A stretch of 64,000 nt of DNA from NCBI GenBank assembly GCA_951804945.1, contig OX638156.1, positions 43,896,001 through 43,960,000 of the forward strand, written 5' to 3'. Position numbers and translations under genes: made by a program. The notes beneath the pieces were generated by a model. The model saw only the letters and a list, made by a program, of their open reading frames with translations, had not been told where the DNA came from and did not search any database. Positions within the stretch are counted from its first letter, which is position 1. Each line of letters starts with the position of its first letter. Positions 23,183-35,705 of the stretch are shown in pieces. Source of the DNA: Podarcis cretensis (lineage: Eukaryota).

Positions 23183-24607
23183 TAATGCCAATCCTGGCCT
23201 GACTGCACTGGCTGCCAGTTAGTTTCTGGACCCAATTAAATTTGCTGGTTTTGAGCTATAAGGTCTTAAATGGTTATGCACTGCAATACCTCAAGGACCG
23301 CCTTTTAAACTGTGTGTGGTGGTGGTGATTGTTTTTGTTTGCGGTACGTATTTCTGTGTTTTTATCATGTAAACCATCCTGTCATCTTTGGATGAAGGTT
23401 GGAATAGAAATTTTAATAATAACTAACAACAACAACAACAACAACTCACTGAGGTTAGTCTCAATCTTTTTTCAGTTTAAGTGCGCTCATTTATTGATAG
23501 ATGTGTATAATGGCAGCAAAACCACTCGAGGTCCGGACAGGCCGGATGTCCTTGGTTGTTAACACACAGCTCTCAGCTGGAGGCACATAGAATTCAGGCC
23601 TGTCATTAGCCACATTTGGGGCGATGTGTATCTCATTCCCATGCACCACCCAGAAAATCTCTACCACCCCCACATGTGGAAGGGGGGAAAAGAGCGCTAG
23701 AGAGGAGCATTCCATTTATCCTTTTTATATGTAAATGAACCTTAAAATAATTGTTTGATAATGACATGCGTTTTTGGGGGCCTATGTTTGGAAATATCTC
23801 TTGACGATAATTTATCCTGCAATTACTGTTGCTTAGTGCTATCCTTATAATTAAGGCCAAGAAGTGTTATTCATCACCTCATTTAATATTTTCTTTGTCG
23901 GCAGTCTTGCCTCCCTTTAACACAGCCAAGAGCTGATAAAAACCGATTATATGCAGAGCCAGGCTGCCTGGAGATCTTTGATCTTCCTTTCCTCCCCTTT
24001 CCCTGATTCCAGAATATGACTTTTGTGTGAAGTGGGTTTCAGGAGCAGTTTCAGAGTGTTGTTTTAAACAGCTCAGTGGCTATAAATATGCGTTTACTTT
24101 GATTTCCAGTTGCCCTTGTGAAACAATAGCTTTCTTTGTGAAAGCTTTTGTGTTTGAATGTTGGGTTCCAGTGGAATAAGAATAGATTTCACAGTCTTGT
24201 TCTGCAATTTTATTTTATATTTTCTAAAAATTGCCAAGGAAATGTTATAAGATCTGTCCACCCTTTAAACAGGGAAATAATACACTGATCATTCATGCAA
24301 TCCTCCAGAGCAGCCTTCCCTGACCTTGGTGCCCTCCAGATATTTTGGACTCCACTGTCCACCATGTGAGGGGAATAGGGATCTTAACAAACAACAGTTC
24401 CCAGGATTCTTTGGGGCAAGCCACATCTCTTTGAAGTGGTATGCTGCTGCTTTATAGTGCAGTATCATCTTGTTTGACATCCTTGCTACAATACTGTCTT
24501 TCTTGTGCTCTTGACTCAAAACCCTCCAACATATTACAGCTAGAAACAGGGACACCCTTGTATATGGGTGACACTCCTCACAGGCATCACAAGATGCCAC
24601 AAGATGT

Positions 24608-25220
24608 AGTCATTGTATCAGAGTTGGAAGGGATCCCAAGAGTCATCTAGTCCAATCCCTGCAATGCAGGAATCTCAGCTAAAGCATCCATGACAGATGG
24701 CCATCCAACCTCTGCTTAAACACCTCCAAAGAAGGAGAGTCCACCACCTCTTGTGGGAGTCTGTTCCACTGCTGAACACTGTCAGAATGTTTTCCGAATG
24801 TTTAATTGGAATCTCCCTTCTTGCAACTTGAACATTGGTTCGCATCCTACCCTCCAGAGCAGGATAAAACAAGCAAGCTCCCTCCTCCATGTTACAGCCC
24901 TTAAGATATTTGAAGGTTTCTATCATATTTGAAGGTTTCTATCATATCTCCTCTCAGTCTCCTCTTTCCCATGCTAAAAATACACAGCTCCTTCAAGCGC
25001 TCCTCATAAGGCTTAGTTTCCAGACCCCTGATCATCTTGGTTGCCCTCCTCTGCACATGTTCCAGCTTGTCAACACCTTTCTTAAACTGTGGTGCCCAGA
25101 ATTGGACGCAGAATTCCAAGTGTATTACTTCCCTTGATCTGGACACTATACTTCTGTTGATGCAGCTTAGAATATCATTAGCTTTTTTTTTTGTGTGTGT
25201 GTTTTTTGCTGCCGCATCAC
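24608..25220 (-). mobile_element. CR1 LINE 3' fragment with an internal deletion and a 19-bp tandem duplication
   Basis: Minus translation [35 protein letters not shown]...[13 protein letters not shown]; atatttgaaggtttctatc occurs twice. Confidence 0.92.
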
Positions 25221-27624
25221 GCTCTCGATGGTGGCCAACCTAGATAACTTTAAAGGGAGGTTGGAAAAATCATGGAAGTAAAGGCTATCAATGGCTATGC
25301 GCAGTGCACCTCTGAATACCAGTCACTAGGAATTACAAATGGGGAGTGTGCTGCTGTGCTCATCTCCTGCTGTGTTCAAAGGGCTTTCCTTCACCCCTTT
25401 GAGAACAGGATATTAGACTAGGTGTGCTCTTGGTCTGATGCAGCACATCCAGCTCCTCTTATGCCATGTTCTTATCATGACTCCTATTGCACATTGAAGA
25501 TTATTATCCTCTGCCTGCTGCATTCACTTACTCTGCAGTACATTGTCCTTCAAAGAGATATCTGTAACAGGGTCATGGGGAACCTGTGGCTCTCCAGTTG
25601 TGTCTGAACTCCAGCTCCCATCATCCCTAATTGTTGGATTTGTTGGTTTGCACTGAAGGGAGTCAAACTGGAGAGCCTTAGGTTCTCTGCTCAAAATGTA
25701 AATAGTTACATTTAAGTTTTGACTTTCGCGAGGGAATATTAAGCTTGCAACAATTTATGCACATGATTTTTCAATCATTTTACTGCGTAAGTTAATGAAA
25801 GGTTTTGTTTCAGTTTGTTATTTTATATCTAACCAGCACCAATGCCGTTCTTATGCATTCAACAATGCATGCCCTGTCCTTCAGTCCAAATGTGCTCTAG
25901 CAAATTTGCATAATTTCCCCCTGAAGTTCCCAAGTTGGCACCTCCTTGTTGGGCATCCCTGATAATTGTGAAGTAATGCAACTTCTCACCTTATGTGACA
26001 TTGGCACTAGAGCCCTGAATTGCTGTCTGTATGTAGGATGAGCCTCTGAGGTTTTCAGATCGTTGTGCAATGCTTTGAGGGTTTGTTTGCAGACTGAACG
26101 AAACTAGTTTGGGTTCATGAACTTTCCTTTCTCTGTCATGCTGAAACCTGTGATTTATCCCCAGGTGATTCAATTTTTTTTTAAAAAAATGTTTTCTATC
26201 TAGCTAAAAGAAACTTGCCATGCGCATGCATTAAAGAGGCAATTGCCTTGAACTTAGAGTATCTGTCTGGCAGTTATCCACTGGCTGGCCTGAATAACAC
26301 ACATAGAAAGCATCCATTTTGCTTAGTTAGAAATTCACTCTCCTGCCCCATTCTCTGTACTTGATTTGTACTATATTCTCTCTTTGTTTAGAGGGGGCCC
26401 ACACCTCCGTTTCCTTGCGACTGTATTCTACAACATGTCACTGATGCAATAATAGTTGCCCTGCAATGCTTCCCCATTTTTGCCACCTGGAGGGGCACTT
26501 TTGCACTATAACACAACAAAAGCAGGACAAAAACAGCCCTTGGAACATTTGTAATATATAAGTTACAGGGCTTCAGCAGGAAGCTACAGGACATACAGCA
26601 ATGGGAAACAAAGCAGTTTGCCTGCCCCAAAACTTTTGCAGGAGGAAACAGTATATTGAAATTGGGATTGTGTATAATTGCTTCACTGCTATCATGAACA
26701 CAAATCATCATGAATGCACAATGAAAAGGTTGTCTGAGCTCTAATATTCAAAGTTAGCTTTTTAGAAAACCAACCTTTGCCTTATTCAGTTACATTTTTC
26801 ATAATTTAAGCATCCAGGACCACTGGGATACATTTTCAGATTGCAAAGTAGCAATAAAAGAACCCATAAGATTTCAAGAAAAGCTCTAAGATGCCAGGGG
26901 CTAGTCTAAGATAGAGATGCTCATTTGAAGAAGAGGCATGGAACACTGCAGGGAGTCCTGGCATACCTGAAGTACAGGTTAAGCAACCCAACTTGCCTGG
27001 TCACTCAGACACCATATCTGGCGCCCCTGACTATCCCCTAAACCACACTGCTTTATCTGAAAACAGGGCCCACCTTACTTATCCCTTTAATAGATCCCAT
27101 GTATCTAGTTCCACAGTGGATGCACAATTTGCTCAGGTGCGCTAAATTCATACCTAATATGGGAGTTTTTTGGCTATTGTGATGATGTCTTACCTAAGAA
27201 AGGGATTGTGCAACTTTGCAAGTATGTGTTTGGAGAGGGTGATTGCCTGAAAAGTGCACCCAAGAGCCCTGAAGCAGAAATCTAAATCTAGGTACGATAT
27301 CAGTGTATGATCAACTTTGGAAAGGAGAAGTGGAATTGTAGTGGCAGGTATGTTTGTGTACAGAATTTATGCATGCCCTTGCTTTTCCAGAGTTCTGGAA
27401 TATGCACGCAGCAGCCTCTGTAGAAAATCTTTTACCTATTTGCTTGTACCATAGTATGAAACTCTCATTCACTTAATGTAGAACAGGCTTACCCATTTTC
27501 CTTTGCCAAATTTTAGGAGGAATTGGAGCTTTGGAGTAGGATTAAAGTTGGACTTTCCACAAACTAACATGTCCCTGGGTCAAAAATAGAGTACTCCCCT
27601 TCATAAATCACACGTGAAATACAT

Positions 27625-28411
27625 ACTTGTGGTTCGAGGACCCGACCCCCGCAATGTGGAATGAATACACAAGGACACGTGATATAAGGTTAATGGGCAA
27701 CAAAAGGCTACAACTTTATTGATTACAGCAGTGAAAAGGTATTGGCTTAGGCATTGGATATCTAAAACAAGGGGGTTTATTCACCAGTAGGTGGAGCCTG
27801 TTGATGCTAATCCAACTATAGGCTCTCCCCTGATGTCACCGAGGGTCGTGCCATGGCCTCCCGCCAAGCAGGCATTGGACAGAATGCACGACCGCCAGAT
27901 TCCTTTAACGGAATACCCAAAAATTGAAGGCATAGGCGATGGCCACACCTAGCCCTTCGACACACCACAACACATTATTCCAATGCCTAACCTACCCACC
28001 AATACCACGAAAGTTGTGACGACTGCTACGAGGTAGGCAAAAAAACCAAAAAGCCTAATGCCAAATGGAAAAATTCCTACCAGGCCCCCTGGACAACCAG
28101 GGTGACTAATCTAAGGTCCATAGCAAGGCCAAGGAACTAAGACCCTGAGCTTGAAGGGAGTGGAGGGTGGGTGACTCACGACGAGACGACGGAGAGGAGA
28201 ATGAGGCCGAGGAGGGGCTGGCGCCGCAGCATATAGGCTGCTGTAAACGCCCCCTTGGAGGCACCTGGTTGGGTGCCTGCCAATGGGCGTGGGCGCCAGC
28301 CAGGTGAGTGGTGGAGGCAGGGGGCTACTGCCCCCTGCTAGGGGTGGAGCTCGGGCTCCCACCCACAACCACTCCCCTCTCTTCCAGGGAGGAGAGTCCG
28401 TATAATGCGGG
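27625..28411 (-). mobile_element. 787-bp LTR-like element without TSD; possibly a solo terminal repeat of a tyrosine-recombinase (Ngaro/DIRS-type) retrotransposon
   Basis: CpG-rich; on the minus strand CCAAT/TATA-like motifs at ~28230-28290 and AATAAA at 27720-27715; removing it restores the adjacent MITE's TSD cattaaca; homolog at ~35108-35705. Class assignment is inferred. Confidence 0.6.
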
Positions 28412-28416
28412 TAACA

Positions 28417-28549
28417 CAGGAATGGGAGTATTCTGCCTTCCAGATGTTGTTGGATTCCAATTCCCATCAGCCCAAATTGCCATGGCTGATGGTCAAGGAT
28501 GATGAGAGTTGTAGACCAACTTGTGAATGGCCACAGATCCCTATCCTTG
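28417..28549. mobile_element. Old hAT-type MITE of the cagatgttg..gactacaactcccatc family; relatives near 17845-17960, 25575-25690 and 31720-31830
   Basis: Imperfect TIR caggaatggga / tccctatccttg; right TSD cattaaca at 28550-28557. Confidence 0.75.
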
Positions 28550-30779
28550 CATTAACAAATGCACATAAATTCCTGACTATACCACCTCCTCTACAGCAAC
28601 AGAACATACAACAATAACAATAATGGTAGTCCATGGACTGGTGCTGGTTTGCAGTGACTCCACCACAGCCCACGTTGGGTGGGATGCTTCAGGGACCAGA
28701 TATGGTATTGGTCCTTAGCACACTGTGTGTGTGTGGAATAGCCAGTCCACCACATAAGATAGTTGAAAAGCACTGCTTTAAATGGTTATAAAGAAGGATG
28801 AGGAGGAGTGCTTTAAATGTATGGTGTGGATGTGACCTATAGCAGCCAGCATGTGTCTCCGTGTCACATGTATAGAACAGAAGGCAAGTGGTGTTGATCA
28901 TAAAGGCTCTGAAAGGATGCTGGGAGAAAGGAGGGAGAAGCCATGCAATAAGTGCAATTAAACCAAAGGACTTTCACAAGAGTGTAATAGAAATGGGGAA
29001 AGGTTAACTTGGGGAGAGAAAATGAGACTTCTTTCTTAATTAGCTGGGCTTTCTTAATTAGAGGGCTTGCTGAGGAAATGCTTCACAACATGGGAATGAA
29101 AATATTTCACTTGGATCTAGATGGGAACAACAGCTAGGGCAAGCTACTTGTGTGGGGTGTGTGTTTTAGGATATGAATATTTGTCTTCAGATCCAACAGG
29201 CTGTTCTATCTTAGGCCACATAGAGACCATACATTTAGAGCACATCTGAAGGATACAACTTCTCCCAAATAATTCTAGCTTCTTTGTAGTTTACTCCTCA
29301 GATAGCTACAGTTCCCAGAACCCTTAAACCATGGTTCCTAGGAATCACATGCTTTAAAAGTATGGTGCATATGCTCTCTCCAGACGTTATGATCAAGTAC
29401 TACTTTATGAGGGGATCAAGAATGATGAGCATGGTAGTGCCAAATTGTTCCGTTGCCTCCCCACTTGTGCATATCAGCTGCTCTGATAGCTCCTTGGCAG
29501 GTCAGTCACTGTTGCTTATAGGGAAGAAGAAGGGAAAAGGAGATGCAGCCGGGAGGTCAGCACAGTGCAAACATACAGTACAACCAGAAACATCAGAGTG
29601 GCTCAGCTGGTGCATCTGTACTCCCTGCCCCCTTGTTCCCAGTAAGCAACAAAAACCCAGCTGCCAGGAAGCCAGTGTAGTGGCTTGCTGTACCTGGTGA
29701 GATGCTCCAGCATGCAGTGTTTCCAGTAGAATGCACCTTTGCATGCTACTACCACTAGCATGTACATTTTTATGCACACACTTTCCCCTAATTTTTGTAC
29801 ACAGTTTGGTTGAAGACCTGAACGGCTAATTTCAGAGAAGTATGAATACAATTGATCGCTATGTTTCAGTTCACATATTGTGTTGAATTAGTGCAAATTC
29901 GGTAGGCTCTCATTAAAACGTAAACTAATACGGCTTTCTACCCCAACCTACAGAACAATAATTGAACAAAACTGGGGAATCCTTTTACCCTCGTCCATAA
30001 GTTCCTTAAGCAGCTGCTTCCATGGACAAAACTTTGACAGTCAAATACAGTGGGATCCCCATGGAAGAGGGTCCAGTGTGAAATAGATTGCTTGATGGCC
30101 ACACCTATTTTGACCATAAAAGACTGAGCTTGCTTAGGGGGGGGGAGAGAATTATGGGGGCCTCTGAGCCTCTCAGGCAGTCATCTCTTCAGGCAATTTG
30201 CTTCTGTTCAGATCCTACCACACAGTGACTGCAGAAACCACATCCCACCCCTCTTTTCATCATTAAGCGTGTGAATTGTCTGGGCTGTACGCAGGGAGGC
30301 AAGATAATGCTTTTGAACAGAGATATAAATCTCACACTGCAGTGCAAGAACTCATTAAAAGAGCCTTAGCAGTAGCGACATGGCAGTTTAAAGCTCTCAA
30401 AGACTGGTTAGAAGCATTGCTAAATGGAGTCATGTATGCCAGATGCGCAAGCACATTTTGGCATGAATGTACAGAGCACACAGAAATGTCATAATAGTCT
30501 TAGCAGTCCTATTTTTGTCAGCTCATTACTGTGTACACCTGCAATTTATTGGCAGCACAATGAAGAGTGTAGGAATGGAGATGAACAAACTTTGGGATGG
30601 GTTTTTTTCCACGTTACTATTTTCTCTTATGAAAAAATTGAAGACACTTATCTTTTTGCCTTCTATAGATTCTTAGGTTTCACTTTCTTTAGGAGTAACT
30701 GCATTTTCTTAAGTCGTGTGGGGGGGGGGTCATTTGGTGGGAAGGATGAGATATAAATTCAACAAACAAGTAAAAATTG

Positions 30780-30960
30780 TTGGACTGGGACATGAGAGAC
30801 CAAGGTTCAAATCCCCACTCACTGGGTGACCTTGGGCCAGTCACAGTCTCTCAGCCTAACCTACCTCACAGGGATGTTGTCAGGATAAAATGGAGAGGAG
30901 AGGAATCATGTCACCTTTAGTTCCTTGGATAAAAGATGGGATATAAATATAATAATAACA
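30780..30960 (+). mobile_element. Old CORE SINE (MIR/Squam3-like); another copy at ~45278-45420
   Basis: ggttcaaatccc B box, gggtgaccttgggccagtcac CORE motif, (aat)n tail. Confidence 0.8.
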
Positions 30961-33900
30961 ACTCAAAACATGTTTTGTTTAGGCAAGCCTACACAGACTT
31001 GTGATTTTTATTTTTATTATGGACATTTGTTTTTAATATCTATTAATTTCTGTCTCATAATGAAGCATGTTTATTGGAAATGCAGATGAGTTGGAGGAGC
31101 TGAATGAAGATAAACAAGGGCAGTATCATGGTCTGGTTGACCACCTGCTAACTTATTCTATTCCCCATCTATTCCTCTCATCTTGTGGATACTTCAGTGT
31201 ATACACAGATCACAGCACATTGGTGTTACAACCTTAAAACACAAATGAAGCATCCCCTTGCTTCCACTTGCATTCGTTTACTAGAAATTGTGTGGAAATT
31301 CTCATCAGCATGGGCAGACTTTCAAACCAAAGAATTATGGCTGTGTGCACACCATACATTTAAAGTACCACTAAGAATCCCGGGAACTGTAGTTAACCCC
31401 TCACAGAGCCACAATTCCCAGCCAGCCCTCTTAACAAACTACAGTTCCCAGAATTCTTTGAGGGAAGTCATGTGCTTTAAGTATGCATTAGATGTCTGGC
31501 ATAGGTGCCAACTCCCTGGGACAGTGGGTGCCCGAGCACCCACAAAATTCCCCACAAATTTCAGCATCAGGGCCATGTACGCTGCATGGCACCCACTGCC
31601 CTGGGCACCCAACGGTTGTGCGGCCAAACTGGCACCCCTGATGTATGGTGCAGATACAGCTGAAGAACTTGAAGTGAATGATACATTTGTGTATGACACA
31701 GGTGGGTCACTTGTGACCCTCCAGATGTCGGACTGTAACCAATATCAGCCCCAGTCAGCATAGTCAATGGTCAGAGGTGACAGGAGTTGTCCAAAAACAT
31801 CTGGAATAGCCACCAGTTTCCCAACCCCTGATGTAGGAGGCAACACTGTTGTAGAAACTGCAAAGAGGGGGTTGGACTTGAAAACTGCTTGAGAAGATGC
31901 TTTGGATTTGGTATACTACAAAAGAAAAAGTGCTTTAGACTGAATATTTTAATAGATTTCCCAAGAACTCCCTGCTCCCTGTTTAAAAGTTAGCTACAGC
32001 AAGGGAACTTGCAAAGCTGTAACTATCAATGCTTGTATCTGGAAAAAAAAAATGAATGTCTTCTGGCCCTTTTCCTCTTATCTTCAGTCTCTTGAATGAA
32101 AAACAAGGGCACAAAATGTCACCCCTTCTTTGGCACAACGGTACCAAGATGGAAACAAAGTAATTCAGGGAGCAGAAGTGCAGGTTTAGGTGATGATGTT
32201 GGGCAACAGCAAGACTCTGTGCACTGCAGAAACAAGCGACACTCAAGGCAGCTGTCTCTCCTGACAAGGCTAATAACGTGCACTGCATCTCATATCAAAT
32301 TCGACTGAGCATCGCAAAGGCCCTTGCTTAAAAGTCAAGAAGTTCCCACCCGCACTGTCTCACCCTCCTTAAGTCTATTAAAATTAATAGGGCTATTTAG
32401 ACACCTACCCCCATATCCATATTTATAAGCTGGGTGAATGATTATGGGTGTATTCCACCAAAGCACAGTTCCCAGGCTAGCTTCTTGGATGCCAATGGAG
32501 GACGAGGAGCAGCCGTGCTAAACAGACTAGTCTCTATGGGTTTTCTTTTTCAATCCGTCATCACCATTTGGTTTTTGGCAGTGGTGAAACATAGGATAGA
32601 TGGCTTCTCCAATCCCCTCAGAAGTGTTTCTAATTCCCTACTACATTTCTGGTTCTAATAATAATAATTAGTCAAGGGGAAAGCCCATTAACTTGAGAAG
32701 GATCTTCATTCATTGTCATCCTTCTCACTCATTCTCCAGGCCCTCTTTCTCGGTGCATAATTTTAATTTTAATTCTTTGCTATAATTTTAATTCTGCTTT
32801 TTACTTTCTCTCCTATTTATTTATTTAAATACTGCCCAGTCAACTCACAAAGCGATGGTTAAGAATATATTAATGAAATAATTAAAATTAATAACAAGTA
32901 ATAATGATACTACTACTACAACAACACTTTTCACAGAAATGGAGACATGATAAACTGAGTCACAGCTTAAATTAAAAGCTTGCTAAGCCACAACAGGCCA
33001 AGGTTAAAGTGTCTCTTTTGTGTCACACACACACACACACACACTGCTTTTATGTCTTCTAGTTCCTTTGTGTCTCTCGCCACACAATTATCAAGCTTTA
33101 GCATCTGAGGAAGGAAATTGACTTGTATCATATTCCTGTGTCCTTGCATTTTATCTATGGGCACTGGGACGCTGTGATAAATGAACTGAGGAACACAATC
33201 CTTGACAGCCTTGCAACTCTGCTGGAACCACATGCTTATGGATGGGGGGGGGGGGAAGAAGTCCAGAATATGTTACATACACATACCAGAAAGGAAGACA
33301 GCTGTGCATTCCACCTCTTGGCCCAGGTGCTGATGCTCAGCAAAGCTCCTTTTCCTGGGTGTGGTTCTCCCAGGGTCGGAAGCCATCACAAATCTTATCA
33401 TTTCGACATCCTGGGGAGGTAGATTTTAAGGGTGGCTCTCTTGAGTACAATTTGCATGACAGTCTTCTGTAGCCTGGGAAAGGTGTAGGATGTAGAACGA
33501 AAGAGGGCCTTAGGGGAAAATACCCCTTTTATTCAAAGGGCTGGAAGGGATATAGCGTTTAACTCTCAGCAGTGCTCCGCTTAGGCTATAGCCTGCCAGA
33601 TGTGACAGATGAGTGTCATTTACGGCCAGGATGCTTAGGAAGGAATTTCCCCTCGAGTAAGACTGAACAGTGAATGGCGGAGTTGGGGCATTGTTTCCTG
33701 AAAAGTGTAGCTCTGTCACACAGGCACTAAAAGTATTCATTGTTTTGATTTCTGTGTCATTCTTAAATATAAATTATCTCATGGGAATTTGTAAAACAAC
33801 ATCATACTCAACGAAATCCTAAAACACAGCACAGCAAAATTAAGAGCAAGACGAAATCTATCCTCAACCCAGAAAAAGTCCAGAGTTCATATTCAGGATC

Positions 33901-35107
33901 ACAATGCAACCAGCCTCCCAAATGTGAATAAAGGAATGTGCCTTTATGCTTTACAACTGGCACTGAAAACTAGTCATATTTTTCCACGTATAACATGCTC
34001 CCTTGTATAAGACACCCCCTTTTGGGGAGGACTCAAAATTCAGAAAATGGGGGGAAATTGCCCTGAGTTGTTGAGCTTTTTTTTTGAGAGAATTGCTCAG
34101 AGTTGTTGAGCATCTTTTTTTTTTTGGGGGGGGGGATAACGAAAATCGCTCACCAGCCTGACCAAATCACACATTGCAGAAGCCATAAATACCCTGCCCA
34201 CTCACCGTCAGCAACTGCCAGTCACCCGCTCATTGGTCACAGCAACAGCCAATCAACAGCAGCCCTTGTCACAAACAACAGTCATCAGCGCTATCGCATT
34301 TCGTTTCTATATGTGCGTAGATTTCCACCAGAGAGGGTTATGTACATGTATATAGAAACTAGCTGACTGTGCAAATGCAAAATTTAAATTAATTGCTCCA
34401 CCCACTTTTGCCTCTGGCCTCGGACACCACTATCATGTGGCCCTCAGAAGGGAATGTGGCCCTTCACCTGAAAAAGTTTCCCCAACCCTGTTGGGCCCAC
34501 CTGAATGCCTGGCCACCTTAAGGGCCACCTTAAGGGCCACCTTAATATGACTGGTACTGAATCCCAGTGGCATGGAGCCACAAGTTTGAAGTTCAAAGAT
34601 GCTTTGTGCCCACCCAGGGCAAGGACAGTGCAGCTTCTATAGTGGTGCATCTTTGGCGAAGTAAACAGCATAAAGTTGCAGCGGAAGTCTTCAGACATCT
34701 GATGTGAGACCAGTGTGAGATTTCCAAAGGAATCTGGAAAGGTCATTCAAGACAAACATGTAAATATGTTTTACATAATCCATTTTGGCATAACATATTT
34801 TTTTCCATAGTAGTAATTGAGACTTGCTAATATTGTTTTCATTCTTAGGATATAAGACATGATTTTTAAGTAGACGAGATGAAATTTCTTAGAAGATGTC
34901 TTTCTGAGAAACGTCAGAAATTCTACTTTTTCCTCCCAATCAGCCTCCCATTAGAAAAAAGGCCACTTTGCAAAATACAACCCCTCCCAATATTCTTCAC
35001 TTTCCCCCTTTTCTTCTTGTCACTGGTGGAGAATTTCTCTCCCAGTTTCTCTGCCTACAAATAGGGTTGGAGAATTTCAAAAGGTCATTTCCACTCTGCC
35101 CTGTTTA

Positions 35108-35705
35108 AGATTGCAGGGCCAGGCTCAATGAATCTGCAGGTAGTGGTTTGGGGCATGGTGAAATTGCAGTAAACAAAGGATGCCCACTTGGGATTTAATG
35201 AGGCCACCACTTTATTGATTACAGATGCCAGCAGGTTTTGGTGCAGGTGTTGGGTGTGTATTCTGAATCAACCAACCCATCTGCTGATTGCTTTCTTGGC
35301 AGGGTTAACAAAGGTTAAGGATTGCCCTATGACCCACATCAAATCAGAGTGACCGTGACCAAGATCACCATATTGGTGGTGCTATAGCCCATCAGCCCCT
35401 ATCTGGGTCAAAGCACCTCCACCCTGGATCCCTTTAACAAGATACCCTGATTCCTTGGACCTGAGGGGTGTGTGTGATCCCAACCCGCTGTTCATCCATA
35501 CTAAAGATCCAACCTAATGCCTTATCTGACATCAAGTTGTGACAATAGTTATGAGGCTGGCAAAACCCCCAGACAGGCTGAAATTATTCCCTGGCCCACT
35601 CCCTAAACTGTGCCCCCAAGCTCACCTGCAATTGGCTGCAACCATGGGCAAGCCGCAGCAGCCAGTGTGGCCAATGGAGGAGGAAGGGACGTCTTCCCCT
35701 GGCTA
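35108..35705 (-). mobile_element. Older, diverged copy of the 27625-28411 element
   Basis: Shared colinear blocks actttattgattacag, cctttaac..atacc, aagttgtgac..gagg..ggcaaaa and cacctg..ttgg.tgc..atgggc..cagccag; boundaries approximate. Confidence 0.7.

Larger units (their letters stand above)
21905..23445 (+). mobile_element. Decayed L2 (CR1/L2 group) LINE 3' portion, interrupted by a mariner MITE
   Basis: Fragments GSILSPMLFNIY, EYAVDTQL (decayed YADD), KLNPDMTE, LDYCN, LQLVQN and LHWLPV; ends in an (aat/aac)n tail. Confidence 0.85.

Noticed and set aside
31185-31763. 192-aa ORF
   Set aside because: Spans several MITE remnants; no domain similarity or splice support
34270-34330. Hammerhead ribozyme (minus-strand CGAAA and CTGATGA close together)
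   Set aside because: Could not build stems I-III around the core; other CTGATGA hits checked by eye also lacked them
34511-34545. (gggccaccttaa)x3, and the 24-bp duplication at ~11578-11623
   Set aside because: Ordinary slippage duplications with no further structure
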